57,195 nt of DNA from Actinomycetes bacterium (GTDB lineage Bacteria > Actinomycetota > Actinomycetes > S36-B12): positions 1 to 57,195 of the forward strand of contig JBAXJN010000001.1 in the NCBI GenBank assembly GCA_037137855.1, given 5' to 3'. A program made the position numbers and the translations under genes. The notes beneath the pieces are model-generated. The model ran no database searches, had not been told where the DNA came from, and saw only the letters and a program-made list of their open reading frames with translations. Positions 41,886-51,716 of the stretch are shown here, piece after piece; within the stretch, counting starts at the first letter, position 1, and each line of letters opens with the position of its first letter.

Positions 41886-42254
41886 ATGAAGACTCTCGAC
41901 ATCGTCGACGTAGCAAGCCTACGTTCCGACATCCCTGAATTCCGCGCCGGCGACACCCTCAAGGTGCACGTCAAGGTCGTTGAAGGCAGCAAGACCCGTG
42001 TACAGGTCTTCCAAGGCGTGGTCATTGGTATTTCCGGTTCAGGTATCGGTGAGACCTTCACGGTCCGCAAGGTTTCTTACGGAACCGGCGTCGAGCGCAA
42101 GTTCCCGATGCATACCCCAATCATTGAAAAGATCGAAGTGGTTTCGCGCGGCGATGTGCGACGTGCCAAGCTTTACTACCTTCGCGATCTTCGTGGCAAG
42201 AAGGCAAAGATCCGCGAGAAGCGCGATCACGTGCCTACCAAGTCACAGGACTAG
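41886..42254 (+). CDS. rplS: 50S ribosomal protein L19
   Basis: MKTLDIVD...[22 protein letters not shown] lies 9 nt upstream of ATG 41886. An in-frame ATG at 41880 is also possible. Confidence 0.93.
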   Translation: MKTLDIVDVASLRSDIPEFRAGDTLKVHVKVVEGSKTRVQVFQGVVIGISGSGIGETFTVRKVSYGTGVERKFPMHTPIIEKIEVVSRGDVRRAKLYYLRDLRGKKAKIREKRDHVPTKSQD

Positions 42255-42265
42255 TCTTTTCGCTG

Positions 42266-42922
42266 GTGCCCAAACATTCTCGGTGGGATCTTCCACTGAC
42301 TCTTGTGGGTGCGGTAGCTGTCGTTCTACTTCTCACTTCATTCATTGCTAAGCCATTTTCCATTCCTTCGGGATCGATGGAAGACACGCTTCAGGTTGGT
42401 GATCGAGTCTTAGTCAATCGAATCGTGTATCACCTGCGACCGATTGAGCGCGGCGACGTTGTTGTCTTTGATGGCACTGATTCATTTGTGGCTCAAGGCG
42501 TGGTTCCTTCGCGAGATCCGATCCGTGGGCTCTTTACAAACATTGGTCAGTCGGTGGGTGTGATTGCTCCCGACAGCTCGGACTTCGTCAAGCGTGTGGT
42601 CGGGGTAGCGGGTGATCACGTGCAATGCTGCAATTCTGAAGGCGCGCTACTTATTAATGGTGTTCCGATGAAAGAGAACTATCTCTTTCCCGGCGATGTT
42701 CCAAGCACTGTTGCTTTCGATGCTGTTGTTCCAGAAGGCAAGCTTTGGGTTATGGGCGATCACAGATCAAACAGCGCTGACTCGCGTGCCCATTTGGGCG
42801 ATCCGGGCGGCGGCATGGTGTCTACCTCCAAGGTTGTGGGCCGGGTAATGGCAGTCGTGTGGCCGCCCTCAAGATGGGGAAGTGTGTCGATCCCACCGGC
42901 GTATGCAAAGGTGGCGCAGTGA
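42266..42922 (+). CDS. lepB: Signal peptidase I (copy 1)
   Basis: TM anchor, catalytic SGSMEDTL, and the KRVVGVAGD and GDHRSNSADSR boxes. Confidence 0.9.
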   Translation: MPKHSRWDLPLTLVGAVAVVLLLTSFIAKPFSIPSGSMEDTLQVGDRVLVNRIVYHLRPIERGDVVVFDGTDSFVAQGVVPSRDPIRGLFTNIGQSVGVIAPDSSDFVKRVVGVAGDHVQCCNSEGALLINGVPMKENYLFPGDVPSTVAFDAVVPEGKLWVMGDHRSNSADSRAHLGDPGGGMVSTSKVVGRVMAVVWPPSRWGSVSIPPAYAKVAQ

Positions 42923-43650
42923 GTATCGAACAGCAGCCGCCAAAGGATGCTCGTCCCAAGAAACCTAAGTCAACCGGATTTGTATCGGGACTGCGGGAGT
43001 TTACTGTCATCGTGATTGCTGCTCTAGCACTTTCAGCACTCGTGCGAGTCTTCCTCGTTCAGGCTTTCTATGTGCCTAGTGAGTCTATGGAAAACACGCT
43101 GATGCCTAATGATCGCATTGTGGCATCCAAGATCACCACGCACTTTGGTGGAATTTCTCGTGGAGAAGTCGTTGTATTTCGCGATCCCGGAGGTTGGTTA
43201 GGCGCTCCCGAGCCTGGTCCCACAGGCGTGCGCGGACTTATACATAACGCGATGACGTTCATCGGATTACTACCAAGCGATAGCGGTAATGATCTGGTGA
43301 AACGGGCTATTGGAATCGCGGGTGACCATGTGGTGTGTTGCGATGCCCAGCAACGCATAGTTTTGAATGGTGTTTCGCTTGATGAAAGCTACGTCGTCGC
43401 GCCAACAAACCAACTGCAATTCGACATCAAGGTTCCTGCTGATTCAATTTTCGTGATGGGTGATAACCGCGGGAACTCACGCGACTCTCGCTATCACCTT
43501 GAAGAGAACAGTGGCGGGGTCCCCATCGACAATGTTGTAGGTCGAGCATTTGTTGTTGTCTGGCCACTAAAAAGATTCACCACCCTGCCGATCCCCGAGA
43601 TTTTTGGTAACCCGGCGCTAGATAAATCGAGCGCAGCTGCAGCCAAGTGA
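42919..43650 (+). CDS. lepB: Signal peptidase I (copy 2)
   Basis: GTGA overlap with copy 1. It has SESMENTL, KRAIGIAGD and GDNRGNSRDSR. Confidence 0.88.
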   Translation: MSIEQQPPKDARPKKPKSTGFVSGLREFTVIVIAALALSALVRVFLVQAFYVPSESMENTLMPNDRIVASKITTHFGGISRGEVVVFRDPGGWLGAPEPGPTGVRGLIHNAMTFIGLLPSDSGNDLVKRAIGIAGDHVVCCDAQQRIVLNGVSLDESYVVAPTNQLQFDIKVPADSIFVMGDNRGNSRDSRYHLEENSGGVPIDNVVGRAFVVVWPLKRFTTLPIPEIFGNPALDKSSAAAAK

Positions 43651-44312
43651 GCGCTCCAACTCTGAGTACTGAACGCGGCCTCCTTAAGGAGGGTTACGCA
43701 ACTATTGGGTCAGTTGATGAAGTCGGTCGAGGTTCGCTTGCTGGACCGGTCAGTGTGGGAATAGTTGTGGTTGATCGTTCAGTCCGTAATACCTTGCAGG
43801 GGGTACGCGATAGCAAAGAACTCTCACCGATGGTGCGCAATGCGCTCGTTCCAAAAATTCGTGAATGGGCATTGGGCTATGCGGTGGGGCACGCATCCCC
43901 GCAGGAGATCGATGACTTCGGAATTATTGGTGCTTTACGACTCGCAGGTCACCGTGCACTCACCCAGCTCGAAGTGCAACCAGAAGTAATTTTGCTCGAT
44001 GGTAGCCACGATTGGTTTACCCCACCTGAACAAGCGTCATTTCTTGAATTGGGTTCAGATTTTTTGAGTGAAGTTCCCCCCGTTGTTACAAAAGTGAAAG
44101 CTGATCGAACCTGTGTGTCGGTAGCAGCGGCTAGCGTTCTTGCAAAAGTCGAGCGAGATGCACTCATGGTGAAACTTTCAAGTAAGTTTCCAGACTTTGG
44201 TTGGGAAGACAACAAGGGTTACGCATCACCCGGGCACATAGCTGCCTTAGCTGCGCATGGTGCGACGGTGGAACATCGAAGAAGCTGGAAACTCCCGGGC
44301 GTATCAGACTAA
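43647..44312 (+). CDS. rnhB: Ribonuclease HII
   Basis: GSVDEVGRGSLAGPV active-site region. GTGA overlap with lepB copy 2. Confidence 0.93.
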   Translation: MSAPTLSTERGLLKEGYATIGSVDEVGRGSLAGPVSVGIVVVDRSVRNTLQGVRDSKELSPMVRNALVPKIREWALGYAVGHASPQEIDDFGIIGALRLAGHRALTQLEVQPEVILLDGSHDWFTPPEQASFLELGSDFLSEVPPVVTKVKADRTCVSVAAASVLAKVERDALMVKLSSKFPDFGWEDNKGYASPGHIAALAAHGATVEHRRSWKLPGVSD

Positions 44313-44414
44313 AAGTTATCCACACCGGCAAAGTTCGTGGATGACGTCCACAGATAGTCACTCCTAGATAGAACCTCCCGCCCCGCTTGCGCAATGTTTG
44401 CGCAGGAGGTCGAC

Positions 44415-44771
44415 ATGCGACGCAATCAGGCGCTGGGTAAATATGGTGAAGACATAGCCGAACAACACCTGCGCCAACTAGGCATGGAAATTGTCACGCG
44501 AAATTGGCGGTGTGAGGTTGGCGAAATCGACATCGTTGCTCTTGATGGTCAGACGCTAGTTATTTGCGAAGTTAAAACCAGAAGTTCGCATGAACTGGGT
44601 ACCCCGGCAGACGCAATCACTCCACGCAAGCTTCGGCGCCTTCGCACTTTGGCCTATCGATGGCTCGATGATCAAAAGATTTACTTTCCATTGGTTCGCA
44701 TCGATTTAGTGAGCGTGCTGCAACCTGTTTGGGGAGCGCCGGAAGTTGAACATTTGAAAGATCTGTCATGA
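44415..44771 (+). CDS. yraN: YraN-family (UPF0102) endonuclease-like protein
   Basis: AGGAGG lies 6 nt upstream of ATG 44415. It has GEIDIVA...VICEVKTR motifs. Confidence 0.85.
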   Translation: MRRNQALGKYGEDIAEQHLRQLGMEIVTRNWRCEVGEIDIVALDGQTLVICEVKTRSSHELGTPADAITPRKLRRLRTLAYRWLDDQKIYFPLVRIDLVSVLQPVWGAPEVEHLKDLS

Positions 44772-46285
44772 GTCTTGCTGAAGTTTGGGGTGTAGTCCCG
44801 GCTGGCATCTCAGGTGTCATGGTCAAGGTTGAAGTCGATGTCGCACGAGGACTCCCCAGTGTTGGCGTTGTAGGTCTTGCTCATACCTCCGTCGCGGAAG
44901 CACGATGGCGCGCAAGGTCCGCAATCGTGAATTCTGGTTTTACTTGGCCAAACTCACGGATCACAATCGGGTTAAGCCCGGCAGATCTTCCTAAAACTGG
45001 AACGAGTCTGGATTTACCGATTGCGGTAGGACTCTTAGCTGCGACGGCTCAAATAGACAAAATTGCATCTGATATTTCTTTTATCGGTGAACTTGGACTC
45101 GATGGTGCGATCAAGCAAGTCTCAGGAGTTCTTGCAGCCGCAATAACGGCTCAAAGACATGGAATCACAACCTTCATCGTGAGTACTGGAAACTCTCGAG
45201 AGGCGAGCGAGGTCGCAGGGCTGTCTGTTATAGCTGTCACGAATCTGAGCCAGCTGATTGCTGTGTTGCGTGGCGAGAATCCGGGCGAAAGAGTTGAACA
45301 ATTCGCAGACCCGGTGCATCACGCAAATGCCCTTGGTGACTTCAGTGAAGTTCGAGGACACGATGTGGCTCGCTTCGCACTTGAAGTGGCAGCGGCAGGT
45401 GGGCACCACTGCTCAATGCTGGGTGAACCCGGCGTTGGTAAAACAATGTTGGCTCAAAGGTTTGTGTCGTTGTTGCCCGCACTCAGTCATCAGCAAGCAC
45501 TTGATGTCACATCGGTGCATGCGCTAGCTGGTCGGATCCACAGCGGCCACGGACTCATGCGGCGTCCACCATTTATTGCACCCCACCATTCAATTTCTGC
45601 GGGGGCCATGCTCGGTTCAGTGCGCAATGGTGTCCTGCTTCCGGGTGCGCTCACTTTGGCCAGTGAAGGTGTGTTGTTCTTAGATGAAGCGCCTGAATTC
45701 GATCGACCCTGCTTGGAAGGCATGCGTCAACCCCTAGAGCAAGGTTCCCTAGCGCTCATGCGTGTCGGACAAACCGTCATTGCACCCGCCCGCTTCCAAC
45801 TCATTCTCGCGGCAAATCCCTGTCCTTGTGGGCAAGCGATTGGGCGAGGTGATGGATGCTCGTGTGGCGCTCAACAAAAGCGACGCTACCTACAAAAACT
45901 TTCAGGGCCGCTCATGGATCGCATTGATATTCGTATTTCATTAACACGTCCAACCGATGCGCACCTTCGAATGAGTGCTGGAGAATGCAGCGAAGTTATT
46001 TCACAACGAGTATGTCTTGCTCGCGATCGGGCGCGTGTACGTTGGAACGAAGAATCTTGGGACTTGAATTCGCAGGCTCCTGGAAGTGCGTTGCGGGCTC
46101 GGTATTCACCAAATATCGCAGGGCAAGTCCTACTTGAACGTGCGGAGGCTAAAGGACTTAATCCCAGGGGAAGTGATCGAGTTTTGCGAATGGCTTGGAC
46201 GCTGGCAGATCTCCAAGCTAAAGACCAACCCGGCAAAGAACACATTGCCACTGCGCTCTCGATGAGAGGAGGCGGATTCGAATGA
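44768..46285 (+). CDS. comM: YifB/ComM family Mg-chelatase-like AAA+ ATPase
   Basis: Lon-like N-domain and Walker A GEPGVGKT. ATGA overlap with yraN. Confidence 0.9.
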   Translation: MSLAEVWGVVPAGISGVMVKVEVDVARGLPSVGVVGLAHTSVAEARWRARSAIVNSGFTWPNSRITIGLSPADLPKTGTSLDLPIAVGLLAATAQIDKIASDISFIGELGLDGAIKQVSGVLAAAITAQRHGITTFIVSTGNSREASEVAGLSVIAVTNLSQLIAVLRGENPGERVEQFADPVHHANALGDFSEVRGHDVARFALEVAAAGGHHCSMLGEPGVGKTMLAQRFVSLLPALSHQQALDVTSVHALAGRIHSGHGLMRRPPFIAPHHSISAGAMLGSVRNGVLLPGALTLASEGVLFLDEAPEFDRPCLEGMRQPLEQGSLALMRVGQTVIAPARFQLILAANPCPCGQAIGRGDGCSCGAQQKRRYLQKLSGPLMDRIDIRISLTRPTDAHLRMSAGECSEVISQRVCLARDRARVRWNEESWDLNSQAPGSALRARYSPNIAGQVLLERAEAKGLNPRGSDRVLRMAWTLADLQAKDQPGKEHIATALSMRGGGFE

Positions 46286-47376
46286 TTGATGTCCGTGAAG
46301 CGCTGTTGGTCTTGGCTCATGTCATTGAACCGGCCGATGAATTCATGGGTCGCTTCGTTGATCAGGTAGGTCCAGTGCAGGCGCTTGAGCGGATTCGCCT
46401 AGGCAACGTTCCAAAGCGCGATGCAAGCGGTTTGCAGGCAAGGCTGCGCTCTTTTTCTTTTGCAGATGCACTGCTCGCCGTTGAACGCACCGGATCACGA
46501 TTGATATTTCGAGACGGAGAAGAATGGCCTTCTCAGCTCAATGACTTACAAGCCACGCGTCCATATGCATTATGGGTTGTGGGAACACCAAACTTGCGGT
46601 TAGCTGCCGTGCAATCAGTAGCAGTTGTCGGTGCTCGTGCGGCAACGTCCTATGGCGAGATTGTTGCCCGCGAATGGTGCTCACATTTAAGTGATCAGCG
46701 CTGGTTGGTAATTTCTGGCGGGGCTTATGGCATCGATGCTGCAGCCCATCAAGGCGTGTTGTCCGTTGGCGGCGTCACAGCATGCGTACTAGCAAGCGGC
46801 GTAGATGTTGCCTATCCCAAGGCCCATGAATCATTGTTAGCGCGAATAGCTGACACCGGATTGATCATTTCTGAATCGCCGCCAGGTAGTCAGGCCCGTA
46901 AACAGCGTTTCCTGACGCGCAATCGCATCATTGCGGCGTTGAGTAAAGCCACACTGGTGGTTGAAGCAGGCTTACGGTCGGGAACAACGTCAACTGCTCA
47001 CCACGCAACACAGTTGAATCGCCCGGTACTTGCAGTACCAGGTCCAGTTACATCGCCGATGTCAGCAGGGTGTCACCAACTGATCAACGACGGCATAGCG
47101 ATGATTGCCAGCGACTGGAAAGATATTCCGCGACTATTTGGAGACCGCACTCAGCAACTCGAATTTCCACCAACCGACAGTGACCGATTTGACCAGTTGA
47201 CAACTTTGCAGAAACAAATACTCGATGCAGTGCCAATTCGAGGCGGTGCCACACCTGATGCATTGGTGATGGCCACTGGGGTTGCTGTGCAGTTGATTTT
47301 CAGAGAGTTAGGTGACCTCGAAATGCAAGGTTTCCTGCGCAGAGATGGGGATTGTTGGCGAATCGTGCGCGCCTGA
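46282..47376 (+). CDS. dprA: DNA-processing protein DprA
   Basis: Rossmann-like DprA core (VVGARAATSYG, SGGAYGIDAAAH) and a C-terminal wHTH-like region. ATGA overlap with comM. Confidence 0.9.
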   Translation: MIDVREALLVLAHVIEPADEFMGRFVDQVGPVQALERIRLGNVPKRDASGLQARLRSFSFADALLAVERTGSRLIFRDGEEWPSQLNDLQATRPYALWVVGTPNLRLAAVQSVAVVGARAATSYGEIVAREWCSHLSDQRWLVISGGAYGIDAAAHQGVLSVGGVTACVLASGVDVAYPKAHESLLARIADTGLIISESPPGSQARKQRFLTRNRIIAALSKATLVVEAGLRSGTTSTAHHATQLNRPVLAVPGPVTSPMSAGCHQLINDGIAMIASDWKDIPRLFGDRTQQLEFPPTDSDRFDQLTTLQKQILDAVPIRGGATPDALVMATGVAVQLIFRELGDLEMQGFLRRDGDCWRIVRA

Positions 47377-47411
47377 GTCCAGTTCGCGCCATTCTTTGCC
47401 ACCATGGGATC

Positions 47412-48347
47412 GTGACTACGTCCGCGCCGGCAAGTGCAACAGCTTTTGATAGCGCACTGGCGGGGTTTACCCGGTATCTCACCTTAGAGCGAGATCGCAG
47501 TGAACACACGGTGCGCGCCTACACATCTGATGTCTCAGATTTACTTAGCTATGCAAGTGCGCATGAGTGCATGATTCTTGACGATATTGATTTGGCCCTC
47601 TTGCGCGCTTGGCTTGGTGAACAACACAGCGTGGGTCACGCTCGAAGCACGATTGCTCGTAAAGCCGCATCTGTGCGCGCTTTCACTTCTTGGTGTGATC
47701 GTCAGGGCCTCATTGAAAGCGATCCAGGTAGACGACTTAAGAGCCCACAAGTTCCACATAAGCTCCCAGTAGTGCTCGATGTAGCCGAAGCTTCACGGGT
47801 GATGGACTTGGCCGCGCAGTACGCCGGTGACGGTGACCCCGTTTCGGTGCGAGATCGAGCGATATTGGAATTGCTTTACGGCACGGGTATTCGAGTGTCA
47901 GAGCTTTGCGCACTTGATCTGGTGAGCATCCAATGGGAGTCACGCACAGTTCGGGTGATGGGTAAAGGTCGAAAAGAACGAATCGTTCCCTTTGGAATTC
48001 CAGCGGAGCTGGCGTTAAGCGCCTGGAATGAAACTCGAACTACATTTGTGAATGAAGTATCCGCCAACGCTTTCTTTCTCGGTGTTCGCGGTGCCCGGTT
48101 AGATCCGCGCACTGCCAGAGAAGTTGTGGGTCGAATAACGCAAGCAGCAGATGTACCGCGATTGGCTCCGCATGGATTACGGCACTCAGCTGCCACGCAT
48201 GTGCTGGAGGGCGGGGCTGATTTGCGTGCCGTGCAAGAGTTGCTTGGGCATTCTTCGTTGGCAACCACACAGAGATACACGCATGTATCTGTTGAACGCC
48301 TTCGTTCTGCCTTTGATCAAGCACATCCGCGCGCCGGCGATAACTAA
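47412..48347 (+). CDS. xerC: Tyrosine recombinase XerC
   Basis: Catalytic region LRHSAATH...LGHSSLATTQRYTHV. I prefer the GTG at 47412. The listed TTG at 47352 would overlap dprA by 25 nt. Confidence 0.85.
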   Translation: MTTSAPASATAFDSALAGFTRYLTLERDRSEHTVRAYTSDVSDLLSYASAHECMILDDIDLALLRAWLGEQHSVGHARSTIARKAASVRAFTSWCDRQGLIESDPGRRLKSPQVPHKLPVVLDVAEASRVMDLAAQYAGDGDPVSVRDRAILELLYGTGIRVSELCALDLVSIQWESRTVRVMGKGRKERIVPFGIPAELALSAWNETRTTFVNEVSANAFFLGVRGARLDPRTAREVVGRITQAADVPRLAPHGLRHSAATHVLEGGADLRAVQELLGHSSLATTQRYTHVSVERLRSAFDQAHPRAGDN

Positions 48348-48790
48348 GGAGCACTTGGCTTCAGCACGACATACGCGTGGTCGATCAAAGGCAGCGGATC
48401 GCGGTAGTCGTTCTTGCCAGGTCCTTTGAGGCCTAGGTGTAGGCAGTGCCCACCACAGTGCCCACCGGTTTCAGTAGTTTCCCCGATGGGTGTACCAGCG
48501 AGCACCTCTTGCCCAAGTTCGACGATGGCAATCACCGGCTCGTAAGTCGATCGCAGCCCAAGGCCGGGGTGATTGATCACGATCACGGGTTTTCCCGCAA
48601 CCTCACCCACAAAGGTCACCACTCCTTTGCCGATGGCGAAAACCTCAGTCGCGGGCTGGGCTTGAAAATCCAGCCCGCGATGCCCAGTGCCCCACGCGTG
48701 AGCTGGCGGATCGAACCTTTGCTCGATCAAAGCCCCGGGAACGGGTGAAAGCCAGGCCTGAGCAGCCAAAGCAAGCGCCAAGAGGTACAT
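48344..48790 (-). CDS. M23-family peptidase-like protein (short; second metal motif degenerate)
   Basis: HRGLD (HxxxD) is present, but the usual HxH reads GGHCGGHCLHLG. The N-terminus is uncertain because there is no SD and the signal-like segment is very short. Confidence 0.7.
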   Translation of the reverse strand: MYLLALALAAQAWLSPVPGALIEQRFDPPAHAWGTGHRGLDFQAQPATEVFAIGKGVVTFVGEVAGKPVIVINHPGLGLRSTYEPVIAIVELGQEVLAGTPIGETTETGGHCGGHCLHLGLKGPGKNDYRDPLPLIDHAYVVLKPSAP

Positions 48791-49083
48791 GGGCCGATTC
48801 TGGGTTCGAATATGGCCGATGGCCAGGCGTCTTCCAGTGCAAGTGGGCAGTGTCTGGCGCTCTCGAGACCTGTGGACGAAGCACTGGCTGGGAGGCCCTA
48901 GACTTATCTCACCTCAGAAATGGGGAATTCGCACGATCCCGTACTGAGCCTCAAGGCTCAGACGACCTGCTCGGTCCCACTTCGGTGGGTGCAGGACGGT
49001 GGATCGTCAGGGGCATGAGCCAACCGGCTTAAGCCAAAAACCGATGCACAAACGCACTGTTTGTGCGTAAAAGGAGTGCCGTC

Positions 49084-49953
49084 ATGGCAGTTGTAACAAT
49101 GCGCCAGCTACTTGATAGCGGCGTTCACTTCGGGCATCAGACCCGTCGTTGGAATCCAAAGATGAAGCGCTTCATTCTTACTGAGCGCAATGGCATTTAC
49201 ATCATTGACTTGCAGCAGTCGCTTGCATTCATCGATGCTGCTTACGAATACGTGAAAGAAACCGTTGCACACGGTGGCACCATCATGTTCGTTGGCACTA
49301 AGAAGCAGGGCCACGATGCGATCGCCGAGCAGGCAATTCGCGTTGGAATGCCGTATGTCAACGAGCGTTGGCTTGGTGGCATGCTCACAAACTTCCAGAC
49401 TGTTTCCAAGCGCATCACGCGCTTGAAGGAACTTGAGAACATGGACCTCGTGCAGGTTGCAGGTTCAGGTTTCACCAAGAAAGAACTTCTCATGATGCGT
49501 CGCGAGAAGGACAAGCTTTCAAAGACACTCGGTGGCATTCGCGAAATGGGCAAGATCCCTAGCGCACTTTGGATCGTTGATACCAAGAAAGAGCACATCG
49601 CAGTTGGCGAAGCTCACAAGTTGGGAATCCCAGTTATTGCAATGCTCGACACCAACTGTGACCCAGACGAAGTTGATTACCCGATTCCAGGGAACGACGA
49701 CGCCATTCGCTCAGTAGCTTTGTTGACTCGCGTCATCGCTGACGCTGTTGCAGAAGGGCTTCTATCTCGCGCAAACCGCGCCAGTGGAACCCCAGATGCA
49801 GCAGTTGAGCCTCTAGCCGAATGGGAGCGCGAGCTTCTTGAAGGCGCGCAGGCTACTACTGACGACTCGGAAGCAGCTGTTGTCGCTGTTGAAGCAGTCG
49901 TTGTAGAAGAAGCAGCCGTCGTTGAGGCCACAACTGAGGCACCAACCGCATAA
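49084..49953 (+). CDS. rpsB: 30S ribosomal protein S2 with an acidic Ala/Val/Glu tail
   Basis: AAAGGAG lies upstream of ATG 49084. N-terminus [27 protein letters not shown]. Confidence 0.95.
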   Translation: MAVVTMRQLLDSGVHFGHQTRRWNPKMKRFILTERNGIYIIDLQQSLAFIDAAYEYVKETVAHGGTIMFVGTKKQGHDAIAEQAIRVGMPYVNERWLGGMLTNFQTVSKRITRLKELENMDLVQVAGSGFTKKELLMMRREKDKLSKTLGGIREMGKIPSALWIVDTKKEHIAVGEAHKLGIPVIAMLDTNCDPDEVDYPIPGNDDAIRSVALLTRVIADAVAEGLLSRANRASGTPDAAVEPLAEWERELLEGAQATTDDSEAAVVAVEAVVVEEAAVVEATTEAPTA

Positions 49954-49960
49954 CTCCTGT

Positions 49961-49991
49961 AAGTGGCTGCTCGCATTTTGGGCAGCCACTT
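49961..49991 (+). terminator. Intercistronic hairpin between rpsB and tsf (possible partial terminator)
   Basis: Perfect 10-bp stem aagtggctgc / gcagccactt with an 11-nt loop, followed by atttatct. Confidence 0.5.
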
Positions 49992-50034
49992 ATTTATCTC
50001 GCTGACCTCCCAACACATAAGGATCAACATCACC

Positions 50035-50853
50035 ATGGCGAATATCACTGCCGCTGAAGTAAAGAAGCTCCGCGACCACACTGCCGCAGGAATGATGGAA
50101 TGCAAGCGCGCCCTCGAAGAATCCAATGGAGACTTTGACGCGGCTGTAGAACTTCTCCGCGTTTCAGGTGCAGCCAAGGCAGCCAAGCGTGGCGCTGAGC
50201 GCGAGGCTTCAAACGGACTCGTAGCCAATATCGGCAACGCTCTCGTTGAATTGCTTTGCGAAACAGACTTTGTTGCTAAAAACGAAGATTTCCTCACGCT
50301 GTCTAATGCCATCGCGCAGGCCGTGTTTGATGGACAAATCGCTGACACTGAGGGTGCCAAGGCAGTCAAACTCGCTGACGGTCGTACCGCAGGCGATGCA
50401 GTGGCTGAAATGGCCAGCGTTATTGGCGAGAAGTTGGAAATCGGTCGTGTTGCTGTACTTCCCACCCCAGTCACGGTCTACATGCATCGCCGTTCTTCAG
50501 ACCTTCCCGCCCAGGTTGGCGTCATGGTTGCCTACTCAGGTGACGAAGAAGTAGCTCGCAGCACCGCGATGCAGATCGCAGCGATGCGCCCCCAATTCCT
50601 CACTCGTGATGAAGTTCCAGCGGAAATCGTTGAAACCGAGCGTCGGATCGCCGAGGCCACTGCCAAGGAAGAGGGCAAGCCCGAGGCTGCCATGTCCAAG
50701 ATCGTTGAAGGACGCGTGAATAGCTACTTCAAAGACAACGTGTTGTTGGAGCAGGCCAGTGTCGTGGAGCAGAAAAAGTCTGTTTCACAGGTGCTTGCTG
50801 ATGCAAAGACTGAAGTAACTGGCTTCGTGCGTTTCGAGATCGGTCAGCAATAG
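50035..50853 (+). CDS. tsf: Elongation factor Ts
   Basis: UBA-like N-terminus [27 protein letters not shown]. Confidence 0.95.
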   Translation: MANITAAEVKKLRDHTAAGMMECKRALEESNGDFDAAVELLRVSGAAKAAKRGAEREASNGLVANIGNALVELLCETDFVAKNEDFLTLSNAIAQAVFDGQIADTEGAKAVKLADGRTAGDAVAEMASVIGEKLEIGRVAVLPTPVTVYMHRRSSDLPAQVGVMVAYSGDEEVARSTAMQIAAMRPQFLTRDEVPAEIVETERRIAEATAKEEGKPEAAMSKIVEGRVNSYFKDNVLLEQASVVEQKKSVSQVLADAKTEVTGFVRFEIGQQ

Positions 50854-50890
50854 CCCGCTAAGGTCAGGTCGAAGCACTGGAGGGAGAAGC

Positions 50891-51679
50891 ATGGCTCAAA
50901 CACCAAGCTCGGGAGCCGTCCAACCATCTCTTGATGGCGTCGTATCCATTTGGCCTGTGGTCCCTGAAGGTGGCTGGAAGAGAGTGCTTCTCAAGCTCTC
51001 AGGCGAAGCATTTGCCGGTGGTGGCGGATTAGGGGTAGATCCTGACGTTGTTTTCTCTATCGCGAGGCAAATCGCGGATGTCGTGAGCAGCGGCACTGAA
51101 GTTGCAGTCGTCATCGGCGGGGGAAACTACTTCCGTGGAGCCGAACTCTCAGAGCGTGGCATGGACAGAGCTCGCGCCGACTACATGGGCATGCTCGGCA
51201 CAGTAATGAACTGTCTTGCCTTGCAAGATTTCTGTGAAAAAGCTGGAGTTGAGACTCGGGTTCAAACGGCGATCACCATGGGTCAGGTTGCTGAACCGTA
51301 CATTCCGCGCAAAGCCATGCGGCACCTCAGCAAAGGCCGCGTCGTGATCTTCGGCGCAGGACTAGGGCAGCCATATTTCTCAACGGACACCACTGCGGCC
51401 CAGCGGGCACTTGAAGTTGGCGCCGAAGTGGTGCTGATGGCTAAGGGAGTCGATGGCGTGTATGACGCTGACCCGCGCACTCATCCAAATGCAAAGCGTT
51501 ACGAGCATTTAACTCATGACGATGTGCTGACTCAGAATCTCAAGGTTGCAGATGCAACAGCCATCAGCCTTTGCCGAGACAATGAACTTCCGCTTGTGGT
51601 GTTCAACCTTCTGGTTGAAGGAAACATCGCTCGTGCTGTTCGAGGAGAAACCATTGGCACATTGGTTTCGACTTACTAG
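50891..51679 (+). CDS. pyrH: UMP kinase
   Basis: [12 protein letters not shown] motif. GGAGGGAG lies upstream of the ATG. Confidence 0.93.
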   Translation: MAQTPSSGAVQPSLDGVVSIWPVVPEGGWKRVLLKLSGEAFAGGGGLGVDPDVVFSIARQIADVVSSGTEVAVVIGGGNYFRGAELSERGMDRARADYMGMLGTVMNCLALQDFCEKAGVETRVQTAITMGQVAEPYIPRKAMRHLSKGRVVIFGAGLGQPYFSTDTTAAQRALEVGAEVVLMAKGVDGVYDADPRTHPNAKRYEHLTHDDVLTQNLKVADATAISLCRDNELPLVVFNLLVEGNIARAVRGETIGTLVSTY

Positions 51680-51716
51680 TCTTTATTTGTCCGACGTTTG
51701 AATCAAGGAGCAGAGA

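Noticed and set aside
41696-41938. 80-aa ORF in the trmD-rplS spacer
   Set aside because: It has no RBS, its composition is odd (Arg/Pro/His-rich), and it reads into rplS out of frame. I treat the region as non-coding; see the finding on the candidate leader.
44415-47376. yraN-comM-dprA considered as a competence or defence-like module
   Set aside because: This trio, followed by xerC, is a widely conserved housekeeping arrangement in Actinobacteria. All three have ordinary lengths and motifs, and nothing extra is inserted.
49677-50474. 265-aa ORF on the minus strand spanning the rpsB 3' end, the spacer and the tsf 5' end
   Set aside because: It is antisense to two highly conserved ribosomal/translation genes. 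Its Ala/Ser/Thr/Arg-rich, low-complexity composition is typical of antisense frames in GC-rich coding DNA, and it has no RBS.
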